This document shows, one piece after another, positions 1-9,800 of a stretch of DNA of 21,514 bases (position 1 is the stretch's first letter; every line of letters begins with the position of its first letter). The notes under the pieces are model-generated. The model worked only from the letters and a program-made list of their open reading frames with translations, searched no databases and was not told the DNA's origin. Source of the stretch: Amoebophrya sp. A120. Taxonomy: Eukaryota; Protista; Dinoflagellata. Location: NCBI GenBank assembly GCA_905178155.1, contig CAJINV010000031.1, positions 133,505-155,018 of the forward strand, in the 5' to 3' direction. A program made the position numbers and the translations under genes.

Positions 1-127
1 CCCGCGATAGATGGCGAGACTTACTTTCAACCTATGCGCACTAAAACTAGCGGCGTCGACTGACATCCCACCCGGCCGCGGCCATGTTCTGGAAGCCAGC
101 GACACACGTGGACCCTAGTCTATGTGT

Positions 128-247
128 TGGGATTCTAATTAAAAGAAATGGTGGTGGGATTCTAATTAATGGGATTCTAATTAAAAGAAGAAGTGGGATT
201 CGAACTAAAAGAAGAAGTGGGATTCTAATTAAAAGAAATGGTGGTGG
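128..247. repeat. Direct repeat cluster, core TGGGATTCTAATTAA, 5 copies
   Basis: Core starts at 128, 155, 170, 194 (variant TGGGATTCGAACTAA) and 218. Spacings are 27, 15, 24 and 24 bp, with AAGAAATGGTGG or AAGAAGAAG linkers. Confidence 0.95.
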
Positions 248-300
248 CAGCCGCGCGGCGAAAGCGCGGCCCGCAGGACCGCGCTTTCGCCGCGCGGCTG
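248..300. repeat. Perfect 22-bp GC-rich inverted repeat with 9-nt loop
   Basis: CAGCCGCGCGGCGAAAGCGCGG (248-269) is the exact reverse complement of 279-300; the loop is CCCGCAGGA. Confidence 0.97.
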
Positions 301-656
301 GTTTGGCTTTCGCGCTGGTTAGATTTTCGCGCACGCATTTGGTTACCAATATCGCCCTCCGGGCGCGATCTTCATAAAGAGACAGCGAAGGAGATGAAGA
401 GCGGTAATTTATAAATAAGAACGATAGATGAAGGTGCAGTGCTAGCTTTTTTACGGGCGATTTTCAAAGAACGTCCGAGACTTTTTTTCCTCGTCAATGG
501 CCTATTTATTTCTTTCGCTGAAGCGTTTTTGTAGAATTTTCACTGTCAAATAGAATTATAGATCAACTGCCTATCGAGTTTTATTGGTTTTTCGCGAGCA
601 AGCGCGCTGGCATTACATTATTTTGGCTGCGCAAGAAATTTCGATAGAGCTACAAA

Positions 657-1409
657 ATGACACTGGACAATGGCTCTCCCTTTTACATGGAGGGGGAGCC
701 GGACATGGAAGAGCGGATGGAGGCTGGCCACATCCATCCCGAGCCCAAGGAAATGATTTCCCTTCTCGGCAAAGACAACTGTTGGCAGTGGCTGATCGGT
801 AATGGAGAGTACGTCGTAGAAAAATGCGACCTCGGCGAGTGCAAGCACATCCATCCCTACATGGTTCTGAAGGACGAGATATGTGTTTCCCGCCCGAAAC
901 CCAATTTGAAAATCACACAACACTTCGTGAAAATTGTGATGTCTCACTATGTTCCCTTGTGGATAGAGGCACTTGCCGAGAAGTGGCGTCCTGATGGACA
1001 CCAGCTGTGCGGATTTGGAAAGCACAGCCACTGTCAGCTTTGGCAGTTCGTCTCACCGACATCGCCACGCGGTGAACATGAAGCGCAGACTTCCTACAGG
1101 GGTTTTCCATCAGTACCAATGCGCGACGACCACCGTGACTACCTCGTCCGCCGTGACTACGTAGCCTGGTGTCAAAATGAAGCCAAAGATCCGTGTCCCG
1201 CCATGAGGCGACTTATCACCTACGCAAACCTCGATCCAAAAGGCAACGGTGGGGGTTTGGTATGCTATATTCCCAAGTGGAAGTCTGAAGCGGTGAAAAA
1301 ATATCTGAAGAAGAGACTAGGTGATTGTGCAGGCCACATGTTCGATCATGAGTGGGCACAGGACCTCCATGCTCGGCGAAACCGCTACCGCGAGTGGGGC
1401 TGGTTGTAA
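657..1409 (+). CDS. Hypothetical protein, 250 aa, Cys/His/Trp-rich
   Basis: Uninterrupted ORF with CAAAATG start context, AT-rich upstream region and globular-like composition. No family recognised. Confidence 0.7.
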   Translation: MTLDNGSPFYMEGEPDMEERMEAGHIHPEPKEMISLLGKDNCWQWLIGNGEYVVEKCDLGECKHIHPYMVLKDEICVSRPKPNLKITQHFVKIVMSHYVPLWIEALAEKWRPDGHQLCGFGKHSHCQLWQFVSPTSPRGEHEAQTSYRGFPSVPMRDDHRDYLVRRDYVAWCQNEAKDPCPAMRRLITYANLDPKGNGGGLVCYIPKWKSEAVKKYLKKRLGDCAGHMFDHEWAQDLHARRNRYREWGWL

Positions 1410-3582
1410 AAGCCATGCGCGACAGCCGATGTCGTCTTCGGGTTCTGATTCCTGCGTACCACAATACGAAATCTAACGCTAAATTTGAACGCGCCAGCAG
1501 ATAATCGCGAGAACTTCCGATTGCGTCTTGGTCTTGGCGGAGGTTGAATTTGTACACGTCGATTCCCGATGCAAGCGGCAGCCCCTTAGTGTTGTAGATT
1601 GTCGTTGCGCAGCCGCAGGCCACTTGAACTTGAGCTGTCTGTTCGCACCAATTCCGAGGCACGGACGAATGCACCGCAGGGGCAGGCACCACAGAAACTT
1701 TGATGCGATACATCGATTAGGTGCGAGCGCCTTCTTCGATCTCTGTGTATGATTTGTTATTGTTTCTAAAACATCAAAAATACCATACTACCACTCATGG
1801 TATTGGCAGCGATATTGCACAGAGCACACCAAATCTCTGGACACATGAAAAATACCCTCTGCTCAGCGATACACGTCACTACACGTGCTCCTCGATCGTG
1901 CCCACTGCACGTAGTCCACACTGCCGCTGTTCAACCGTGCGGAAGTCCTGATTTGAGGACAAAAGGTCATGCACTACGCGCTTGGAATTCGAATTAGAGC
2001 TTGGAGACTGACCATGCACCATGGACCTTTTACAACTCGCGAATGAACTAGATCTTGGAAATTCAATTTTCCACGGTAGGCTCCGATTGGCCGTATCCTT
2101 CATCCCTAGATTATCCAAAGAGAAGTCCTGGTTAGAACAAAGAGATTGCAAGAAAGTAGGTCTTTCATGTTCCTTAGATAGAACTTCTAGGCGTAAACAG
2201 GATCCGGAAATTACCGGATCTGTGGTTCACTGTTGATCGTTTTATTTTTGTGTGTGAGGATCATGTGGCAGTAGCGCAAGATCAACATCCGTTGATCTGA
2301 ATCAATACCTAGAAAGAGTATGTCTAGGCAGTAGCAGTACCCGCGTCAACTGCCGCGTTCCAGTTGATCCCTTGTTCTGATTGTATTTTCGCCAAGAATT
2401 GAGCCACTGCACTTGAAAATTTGTCAATCAGGATAGTGTTGGTTTGATATAGATTTTTCTGATGTAGAAGATCGATTTATTGTCAATACAACGATATTCT
2501 TTTTAGTCATGCTCATTATTTATAGATGGTATTGGTGGTTGACTGACTAATCTCGACGACACGACATTTTTTTTTCATTTTTGTATAATGTCCCGGTTAT
2601 TTATCTCATTTCATTTTTATTCCTGCTCGATTTCTTCATTTTTCAGATATTCAGAGCAAGGGAGCAAGTGAAAAAATTTAGCGGATCCTATTGGGCTTCA
2701 AACTCGTTGAGTTCTCATGCCGGTGTGTACTGGACGAACTAGGTTTTTTCTGTACGAGCAGTTTTCAGCCGCGTTTAAGGAGATCGTGGATTTCACATCA
2801 AGCTCCATATATTGCTGTAGATACGTCTCTCTTCACCTCGACCTCCCTGGTGTACCTACTTGAGAGAGGAAGGATCTCTGCTTTTGCCGTGTATGTACGA
2901 TGAATTCCCTTGCGGATCAGGCAGCTCTTTCCTCAATGCTCTATCTGTTTGTTTGATAGTCTTTTCCAAATACCAACAATATTCTCATTGGATTCCAACT
3001 CTAGGACAATATCTCTCTAGTAAAATTGCCTGCTGCAAGAGGAGCGGCCTAGCTAGATAAAACTCCACTTCTGCGCACTCAAATAAGGCCTCTAAGCACC
3101 AACAGAAATAATTGTCCCTGTAACTCCCGCTGTCGTTTTTGGTTGCAGTTTTTACACAAGTTTTTTTTTCTCTGATCGTTTGCTTATGTTTTACCTCTAC
3201 TGTCGTGTGAGATCGATGTGGAACCGATCAAAACTAGTTCTTCGTTTGAGAGAAGGTGCCAAGGTTGATACGGCCATTCGTGGCTCGTGCCACACTTGCA
3301 ACGCTCAGAACGCTCATATGATTTCGTTATGTGGATAATTTTTTACACCCGTGGTTTTTCCAACGCAAATAGTTTTGCAAGATGATGTCCTCGCAAAACA
3401 TTAGGTATTACGCGACAATGACATAGCTTTTTAAGACGCCAATCCCTTTGTTCCCACGGTAGATTGGCTGACCTATAGAATATTCGCACGAGACCCACCC
3501 ACTAAGTTTCGACTTTTACACAGCAATTCATACAAATCTCGCTTTATTTGATATCTCCGCACCCCCAAGAAAGTGTGGTACC

Positions 3583-5277
3583 ATGCCGGGCAAAAAAGAA
3601 ACGACGAAGGCGTCTGGCGCTAAGAAGCAGCAGACAGCAATAAAACGCAAAACCCTGGTCGTGTCGAAGAAGAATGGGAGAAGCAAAGCGCCCGAAGGAG
3701 CTGTTGCACCCGCAATGAAGAAGACGACCAGTGCGGCTTCCGCTCTCTCTGCAATGAAGCGGGCGAGTAGTGCTGCCCTTGTTGAGACAACTTCCATCGC
3801 TATGAAGAAGATGCCTAGAAGAAGTAGTGCCTCGTCCGCGAGCGGGACCACTTCTGTCGCAATGAAGAAGGCGAACAGCAGTTCCATCGCTGGTGCGAAG
3901 GCGTGTTCCGCACGGGGAAAGGCCAGTGTAGTTACTCCAACCAGCGCAGCACAATCGAGAAGTAGTAGTTCCAAGCGTGCTTCTTCATCTTCGAGTTCCA
4001 AGCGAAGTGCCACCGCGAACAAAGGTGAATCCGCAAGAACCAGTACAGTGTCTAAAAAGCATGGTGGTGCACCATCGGGGTCGTCCACCGGAGCAGTGTC
4101 CTCGTGCGCGACGGCGACAGAGGGCAAGAATGGTACAGCTCTGCCCGGAGCGGGAGCAAGATCCAGAACTGCTGCGCCGCCGACGCGCCACTCTGAAGAG
4201 ACAAAGAAAAAGGACAGTCGCGCTCCATCGCCGCCTGCGGTTATAGAAATAGGGAGCTCCGACTCTGAGGACGATGCGAGCACGAGCGGCGGCTTCTCCG
4301 TCCTCCGCCAGCACCGTCTGTTGCTTGAGAAGCAAAAGGCGCCGCCTCCAACCCACCTCTCCCCGAAAGAATTGCGGAAGCGTTTTCCCTTGAATTTAAA
4401 CTACAAACCCCCGACTCTTGCCACAGGAGTCAAGCCCGGCGTCAGGATCGTGGACTCGAATGGACTACCCTTGGAGGTGTCTCCATCGGGGTCACCTGCT
4501 ACTGCGGCGGAACCGAAACCTGCGCCTTCGCTGAACCAAGAGGTGGGCAAAAAACCGTGTAAATCTGCGGAGAAACGGCCGCTGAAAAAGCGAAGCCGCC
4601 CGTGGACCCCGGATTCCGGGAGCGAGAGCGACGGAGAGGAGGCACCAAAGTCGCGGCGTCAAACAGCATCGACAAATAAAATTACCATCACGGCGAAGAA
4701 GATGAAGAAGCTATTAACGGAGAACCACAGCAAAGAACAAATAGAACAACCACCACGCGCGACGCATACTACGTCTGCTTCTAAGGGACGAAAAAAGGAC
4801 CAGCAACGTGGTCCCAGCACGACGTCGAGCTCCAGCACCGCGAGCGGTAACACACCCGGGACGTCGTTGAAGCGGTCTTCGAGCAGCAGTGGTTGTGGGG
4901 ACGATTTTCCATCCGATAAGGCCGGCGCGGCTAAAAAGTTCTTGTTGTTGGCCGAGAAAAATCCGGACGAAGCGGCCAAGTTCTTGGCGGAGAATCATGC
5001 GTCCATCGTACTGGCGGCGTCCAAGCTGCTGGTTGTTGCAGACAACGGAGTAGATGAAAAGCCTGGAGGTGGTGCACCTGCCTCCTGTCCGACGAAAGAA
5101 GTAGGCAATGATATTAGTTGTACCACAACGATGAAGAGTTGTACCACGAAGATGTTGTCCGTGATCCCCGGTCGTTCCGCCAAGGATGAAATAAATGGTG
5201 TCGACACAACTGTTCCCATGCTCGAGTGGTACCCCGGGAACCCACGGCCCCCAAAGCGGAAGGTATTGCACTCATAA
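3583..5277 (+). CDS. Lys/Ser/Ala-rich low-complexity, probably nuclear protein, 564 aa
   Basis: Long ORF with four AMK(K/R) repeats, basic patches (PLKKRSR, C-terminal PPKRKV, NLS-like) and acidic Ser patches (SSDSEDD, SGSESDGEE). Mostly disordered by composition. Confidence 0.8.
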   Translation: MPGKKETTKASGAKKQQTAIKRKTLVVSKKNGRSKAPEGAVAPAMKKTTSAASALSAMKRASSAALVETTSIAMKKMPRRSSASSASGTTSVAMKKANSSSIAGAKACSARGKASVVTPTSAAQSRSSSSKRASSSSSSKRSATANKGESARTSTVSKKHGGAPSGSSTGAVSSCATATEGKNGTALPGAGARSRTAAPPTRHSEETKKKDSRAPSPPAVIEIGSSDSEDDASTSGGFSVLRQHRLLLEKQKAPPPTHLSPKELRKRFPLNLNYKPPTLATGVKPGVRIVDSNGLPLEVSPSGSPATAAEPKPAPSLNQEVGKKPCKSAEKRPLKKRSRPWTPDSGSESDGEEAPKSRRQTASTNKITITAKKMKKLLTENHSKEQIEQPPRATHTTSASKGRKKDQQRGPSTTSSSSTASGNTPGTSLKRSSSSSGCGDDFPSDKAGAAKKFLLLAEKNPDEAAKFLAENHASIVLAASKLLVVADNGVDEKPGGGAPASCPTKEVGNDISCTTTMKSCTTKMLSVIPGRSAKDEINGVDTTVPMLEWYPGNPRPPKRKVLHS

Positions 5278-5573
5278 TTTGGATGTTGGTGCTGGGTATG
5301 ATGTTGATCTGCAGCTAGTAGAGCGACTTTGTCTACTAGGTTTGTTGTTCGCTTTCGTCTATAATGATAAGGTGCAGTACAACTTTTTGAGATGATCATT
5401 GTGACAGCGACAGATGGACGTGAAAATAAGGAGAACTTGTTTAAATTGTGAAGATGTCGTGTCCACCTGTGATCGCGTACTTCTACGAAACAGCACTACA
5501 ATTCCTGTAACAACTATGACTGTACATGCAGCTCATGATCTTCATCGTCTTGCGCTCACCGGTGGACACAAAA

Positions 5574-8552
5574 ATGAACTTGGCATCCTCGTCCGATGAT
5601 CAAGAAAAAATACAGGTCGCTAAGAACGTCGCCCCACCTCCCCCGCAGCCCTTTGAAGTCCCGCGTCTCTGCGTTCGCGATGTGCCGAAGGTCCGGTCCA
5701 ATAGCCGACCCACCGACGGTTCCCTGGTCCAGTTCGACCAACCCGGACTTTCCGACCAGCAGACCCGAATCCGGTTGGAAAGCGAGGTGAAGGCGTTGGG
5801 GCGGGCAATCAGCCAGAAGGTGTTCCAGCGGGGCCACCTGTGCCCGAGGGACCGGCCGGCGACCTACGAGAAGCCGACGGTCGTGCAGTGGAAGATCGGG
5901 GAGCACAAGCAAACGCTGGGGCACTACTACGGGTCTTCGACGCACGTGGAAACCAGCGTGCGCATCGTGTTCACGGGCGAGCGCGCGGGCGCCCGGGAGC
6001 GGCGAGAGCACGCGCGGTTGTTTGGGCCGGCGCCGCGAGGTGGGCGGAGGAAAAAACGGGAGAACGGGGAGGACTGCGGCATCACCGCCGACCTCATCGC
6101 GGACCGCAGCTTGACCTCCTCCCAAAAGTTGTCCGGAGACCGCGAGTGCGCAGCGGTGGTCTTGGGCGGAGTCCTGGATTCCGACTGGATTCTCACGCAG
6201 GTGAGCCGGCAATTGGGGGACCTCAAGAACAAACGGGCGGAAAATGGTGCCGGCGGAAACAACCCCACCATCCAGTCGACATCCTCCGGCGCAGCAGAGG
6301 TAGTATCTTCTTCTGGCGAGGAGTACGCACGACACTTGCACGTTTCGGGCACGATTCTTGCGCTGCAATACGACAGAAATTTGGAGCACTCTGTGTACCC
6401 CATTTGCATCACGCAGTACAGCAACAACTCGGGACCGCGACATCAAGCGAAGAACGAGCCAAGTCCGAACGCGCGGCACGTCGAGAGCTCCTGCAACCTT
6501 GGTCTGCTCCTGCCACAAGCGTCGAAAACAACCGGTAGTCCACCGGGAGCAGGTCACTACTACTCCGCTGTGCATTGGGCAATCCCGTCGGCTACGCCTC
6601 CAGGTTCTTTGTCTTTCCCCCTGGCATCTTCTGCTACGCAGATAAGTTCGATGAAACAGTACGTCGCAGGGCTCGTTGAGATGAACAAAGGACCCGATAC
6701 TCGTCCGACGCTCTTGAGGGATCGACCGCTGCTGCCTCTACCTGTGTTTCTACAAGCGGAAGTTGGCACGGGGCAAATGGTCTTTACCAGAAAGAGCAAA
6801 AGCGCATCATCTTTATTTACCGACACGGCGGGCACCAGCGAAAATCAAAATGTTGACGTCGATGAAGAACAAACCACTTTGTATCCGGCCGAGCTTGACC
6901 TCGATGAGGGTTTTCGCGACCACCCGTTGAAAAGTTGGTTTGAGCAAGACTTCTTGCTTGGAAACAAACTCGGCGAGAAAGTTCGCGTTCGCTCCGAGGT
7001 GGATGAATACTTAGTGCAAAAGAATCTTGGCAGTGGAGGTCGCAGTGCGCCGTCTCCGGTTCAGGTCACAGTTATGCCGTCGTACGCCTGCAGCGTGGCA
7101 GGAAACGGCGCTCCTGTGTTGATCTTGCCGTACCCCAAGGCCTCGGTCGCGGAGCTCTCTCGTGCGCAGCGCCGCCGCACGCTCCGATCGTTGTGGACGG
7201 AAATGGAGGGTCTGAAACTGAAGCAGCACGTGTCTTGGATCGGCGTGCGCGACTGGCCGCTCGAGGAGTTGCAGGCCCTCGTGTGCCCCGGCTCGATGGT
7301 TCCATCGCAGGAGGATGAACCATCAAGAAGTAGCTATCGCCCGCAAAAAATGCCACAGAACATCGACCTAGGTCTGGACGAGATGAAATGCGCACTTTTT
7401 CATCCTGCATAGTGTGAATCAGACAACACCGAGTCCTCGTGCAGAATAATTGTACAGTGTGTTCGGTAGAACAAATGTATACCGCAGCTCTTTTGCGGAG
7501 GACTCTGCATGAGACATTAGGTATCCTCCGCTCAAAATCTCACAAGAGAGGAGCAGCCTTCTGCTGTACTGAAATTTTTCATATACAGATTGTTCCTATC
7601 AATTTCAATTCACGGTCAGCATTGCAAGTTTATTGCCCCCTTGTCCCAAACGTCGTCGATCATGTTCATGACATATGTTTGCAATGCATACAAGCTCGTC
7701 CGTCGATGACGACGCGGACGAGGATGATCCGTTAGACACTGCGGGGTGTACCATCCGGCCGATGATCGCGCAATTTTTGCACCTCCCCGTCAAGGGCTGC
7801 CGCAACGACGAGTTGCTGGAGTTCTGTTTGGAAAACGGTATTTTTCCCCAGGCAGTCGGAATGGAGTTCGGGGGCTCGTCTCAACGACCTGACCACCGCG
7901 TGTCCGTTCTGGAAACGCAGGAGGTGGTAGACCAGGACAACCTGCAGCGAAAAGGCGTGTGGAAGATCGCGGATTTCACAAACTCTGCCGTGTCCGCGGT
8001 TGCGTTCGCGGTCGGCAAATCGGTGTACCAGGTTCTGCTGCGCTGGCACCTGCAGTCGGGCTGCCTGTCCTGCCCCGCGGTGGAAGATGAAGCGGTGGCG
8101 GCTGAGTGCCAAGACATCTTCGAGTGGTCGCTGACAGAGGAGCACATGGACACCCTATCAAAATGAAAAAAGCCCCCGCCCCATATCAAATGGGAGACCT
8201 GTGATGCAGGATATGCGTACACAGATGCGCGCTGTCTTGCAATGCGGCATGGCAGACAGATCCGCAGCCTAGGGGGGGCGTTTGGGTCTACCTCTACTTA
8301 CTTGCTTGCTTAGCATTACAAATGGCTGCCCTCTAAGCCTAACAGCATGCCAAATCGCTTCCATAATGGCGCGGAAGCCTCTGCATTTGTCTCCTTGCAA
8401 GACAGACGTGTTATGTGGTCTCAAATTAGCAAGACAAATTTATGGAAGCATGCCTTTTCGATATGGGGCGGGGGGATTTTTCCTCTCAATACACCCTGGA
8501 TAGTTCCGTGAACGAAGCCCGCTTGTTCAAGGACCACGGCGAGGGTGTCTAA
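5574..8552 (+). CDS. Spliced gene: unknown N-terminal region fused to a diverged aldo-keto reductase (AKR)-like domain; model join(5574..7333,7695..8156,8498..8552)
   Basis: AKR-like motifs in the right order: LWTEMEGLKLKQHVSWIGVRDW (cf. W.AME.L...G.V..IGVSNF), IRPMIAQ, ELLEFCLENGI, GKSVYQVLLRWHLQSG, DIFEWSLTEEHMDTLD. Frames join after removing 7334-7694 and 8157-8497. Start is 5574 (AAAATG) or 5526. Confidence 0.8.
7334..7694 (+). mobile_element. TIR intron element family 1, copy A (non-canonical CT...AG intron)
   Basis: Starts CTATCGCCCGCAAAAAATGCC and contains CTAGGTCTGGA (shared with the copy at 16107). Ends TTTGCAATGCATAC+AAG. Direct repeat AGCT at 7332-7335 and 7693-7696. Removing 361 nt restores the AKR frame. 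Confidence 0.75.
8157..8490 (+). mobile_element. TIR element family 2 with 7-bp flanking direct repeat ACACCCT; likely non-canonical intron
   Basis: AAAAAAGCCCCCGCCCCATATC near the 5' end pairs with GATATGGGGCGGGGGGATTTTT near the 3' end. ACACCCT lies at 8150-8156 and 8491-8497. Removing the element plus one repeat (341 nt) gives in-frame MDTLDSSVNEARLFKDHGEGV*. Confidence 0.8.
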
Positions 8553-8892
8553 AACGTCGCAATGTTGATTGAGCCATGGTGTGAAGTGAACTCGTTTTTG
8601 AATGATAAATGACATACTGTTGGTTCGCCTTCGAGCCGTTGTTAAGTCCTGCATAGCACCTGTACTACTGAAAGAACCGTGCGTATTGATTTTCATGCTC
8701 TACCCACCTAAAAACCCTATTTTTTTGATTTTGATTTACTTGAGATAAAAGCTGTTGCTTCACATTATATTCTACAAACAAGCAGGACGACGACCACATT
8801 CATCAGGGTTGATAAGGCTTTCTAGTGAAAACCCGAAACTATTTTTAGTGTCGCCATGGATAAATTTCATGACGACCGCCATGCATTACAAA

Positions 8893-9204
8893 ATGGATTC
8901 GCGGTTCACGAACCTTACTTCGCGATCCAATGATATTCGCACGAGTGCGCAAAAACTGTATGATGTTTATGAAACTGGTTCGCATTTTCGTCCTTACACT
9001 TTGGGAACTAGTAAAAAGGACCTCCACACCGATGCCCAAAAAATTTGCGATCTTTTTCGTTTTACACCTTCTGCTCGACTGATCAAGAAGCCATGGTCGC
9101 TGTGTTGCTGCGGCGCCGGAGTAAAGGAACGACATTTGGGTCGCTCGCAAAGCAACCTGTGCAAGCAAAGCCTGCAAGACTGTTGCTCAAACAACGCATT
9201 TTGA
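8893..9204 (+). CDS. Small hypothetical protein or exon with a 29-aa-period internal repeat
   Basis: AAAATG context. DIRTSAQKLYDVY (8932) and DLHTDAQKICDLF (9019) keep conserved residues with synonymous codon differences. Confidence 0.4.
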   Translation: MDSRFTNLTSRSNDIRTSAQKLYDVYETGSHFRPYTLGTSKKDLHTDAQKICDLFRFTPSARLIKKPWSLCCCGAGVKERHLGRSQSNLCKQSLQDCCSNNAF

Positions 9205-9302
9205 GTCGCTGCCAGCATCGGGTTGTATGGAAAATCGCATTAAGCTGCAATTTGCCGGTTTCGTCCATTTCGTATATTTTCTGGCCGGATGCAACTCTCA
9301 CC

Positions 9303-9800
9303 TGTAGCTGTAGCTGCACTGCATCAAACGCGACGAGCAACATCAAACGCGAAGAGCAATATCGGTCTCTGCACGACATGATATTCGTGTCGCCGCTGCT
9401 ACCAAACGCTTCAGGTCTTTTGATCAGGATCTGGTGAAACACTCTCGGTAACGTGCAAGACTACATGCTCGGTCGTTTGCTTTTCGTACAACTATACTTC
9501 TACATTCGTCGGATTTTTTATAAATATTTTCTGCCCAGGCAGCAGCTCCAGCTATTGCTGTTGTAGCTAGCTGCGCTTCACCAACATCAAACGCGACGAG
9601 CAACATCGTCGCGATGAGTATCGGTCTCGTCACGCCATGATATTCTTGGGTTCTACGAAGCGTTTCAGATCTTTTGATCACGATCGCATTCACAAAACGT
9701 CGTTGCCGTGCCGTCGTGTTTGAGAATTTGAATAGAAGCGTTTCAGATCTTTTGATCACGATCGCATTCACAAAACGTCGTCGTCATGCGGTCGTGTTTC
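9303..9800. repeat. Nested local duplications: 19-bp tandem, diverged ~130-bp duplicate, 78-bp-period tandem
   Basis: CATCAAACGCGA(C/A)GAGCAA at 9322 and 9341. Segment ~9303-9432 resembles ~9562-9685. A 47-bp block is identical at 9657-9703 and 9735-9781. Confidence 0.9.

Noticed and set aside
128-247. CRISPR-like appearance of the short repeats
   Set aside because: Linkers are 0-12 nt and themselves repeated, there are no cas genes, and the context is eukaryotic.
47-377. ORFs 84-377 (+) and 47-349 (-)
   Set aside because: They arise from repeats with spacings divisible by 3 and a GC palindrome; the translations are not protein-like.
1216-1713. Minus-strand 165-aa ORF with a GC3-rich stretch near 1520-1630
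   Set aside because: May hide a real exon, but I could not build a consistent splice model, it overlaps the 657-1409 gene, and it has no recognisable motif.
3528-6575. Long minus-strand ORFs (3528-4283, 4714-5271, 5556-6575) and alternative-frame 5840-6538
   Set aside because: Shadow ORFs of the GC-rich or low-complexity plus-strand genes.
7311-7730. In-frame direct repeats GAGGATGA(A/T)CC and GGACGAG as alternative AKR intron boundaries
   Set aside because: Explained by acidic codons on both sides; the TIR alignment and AGCT repeat favour 7334-7694.
8881-8892. ATGCATTACAAA identical to part of the family-1 TIR at 12655
   Set aside because: No matching 3' TIR or internal core at the expected distance; probably chance or a tiny relic.
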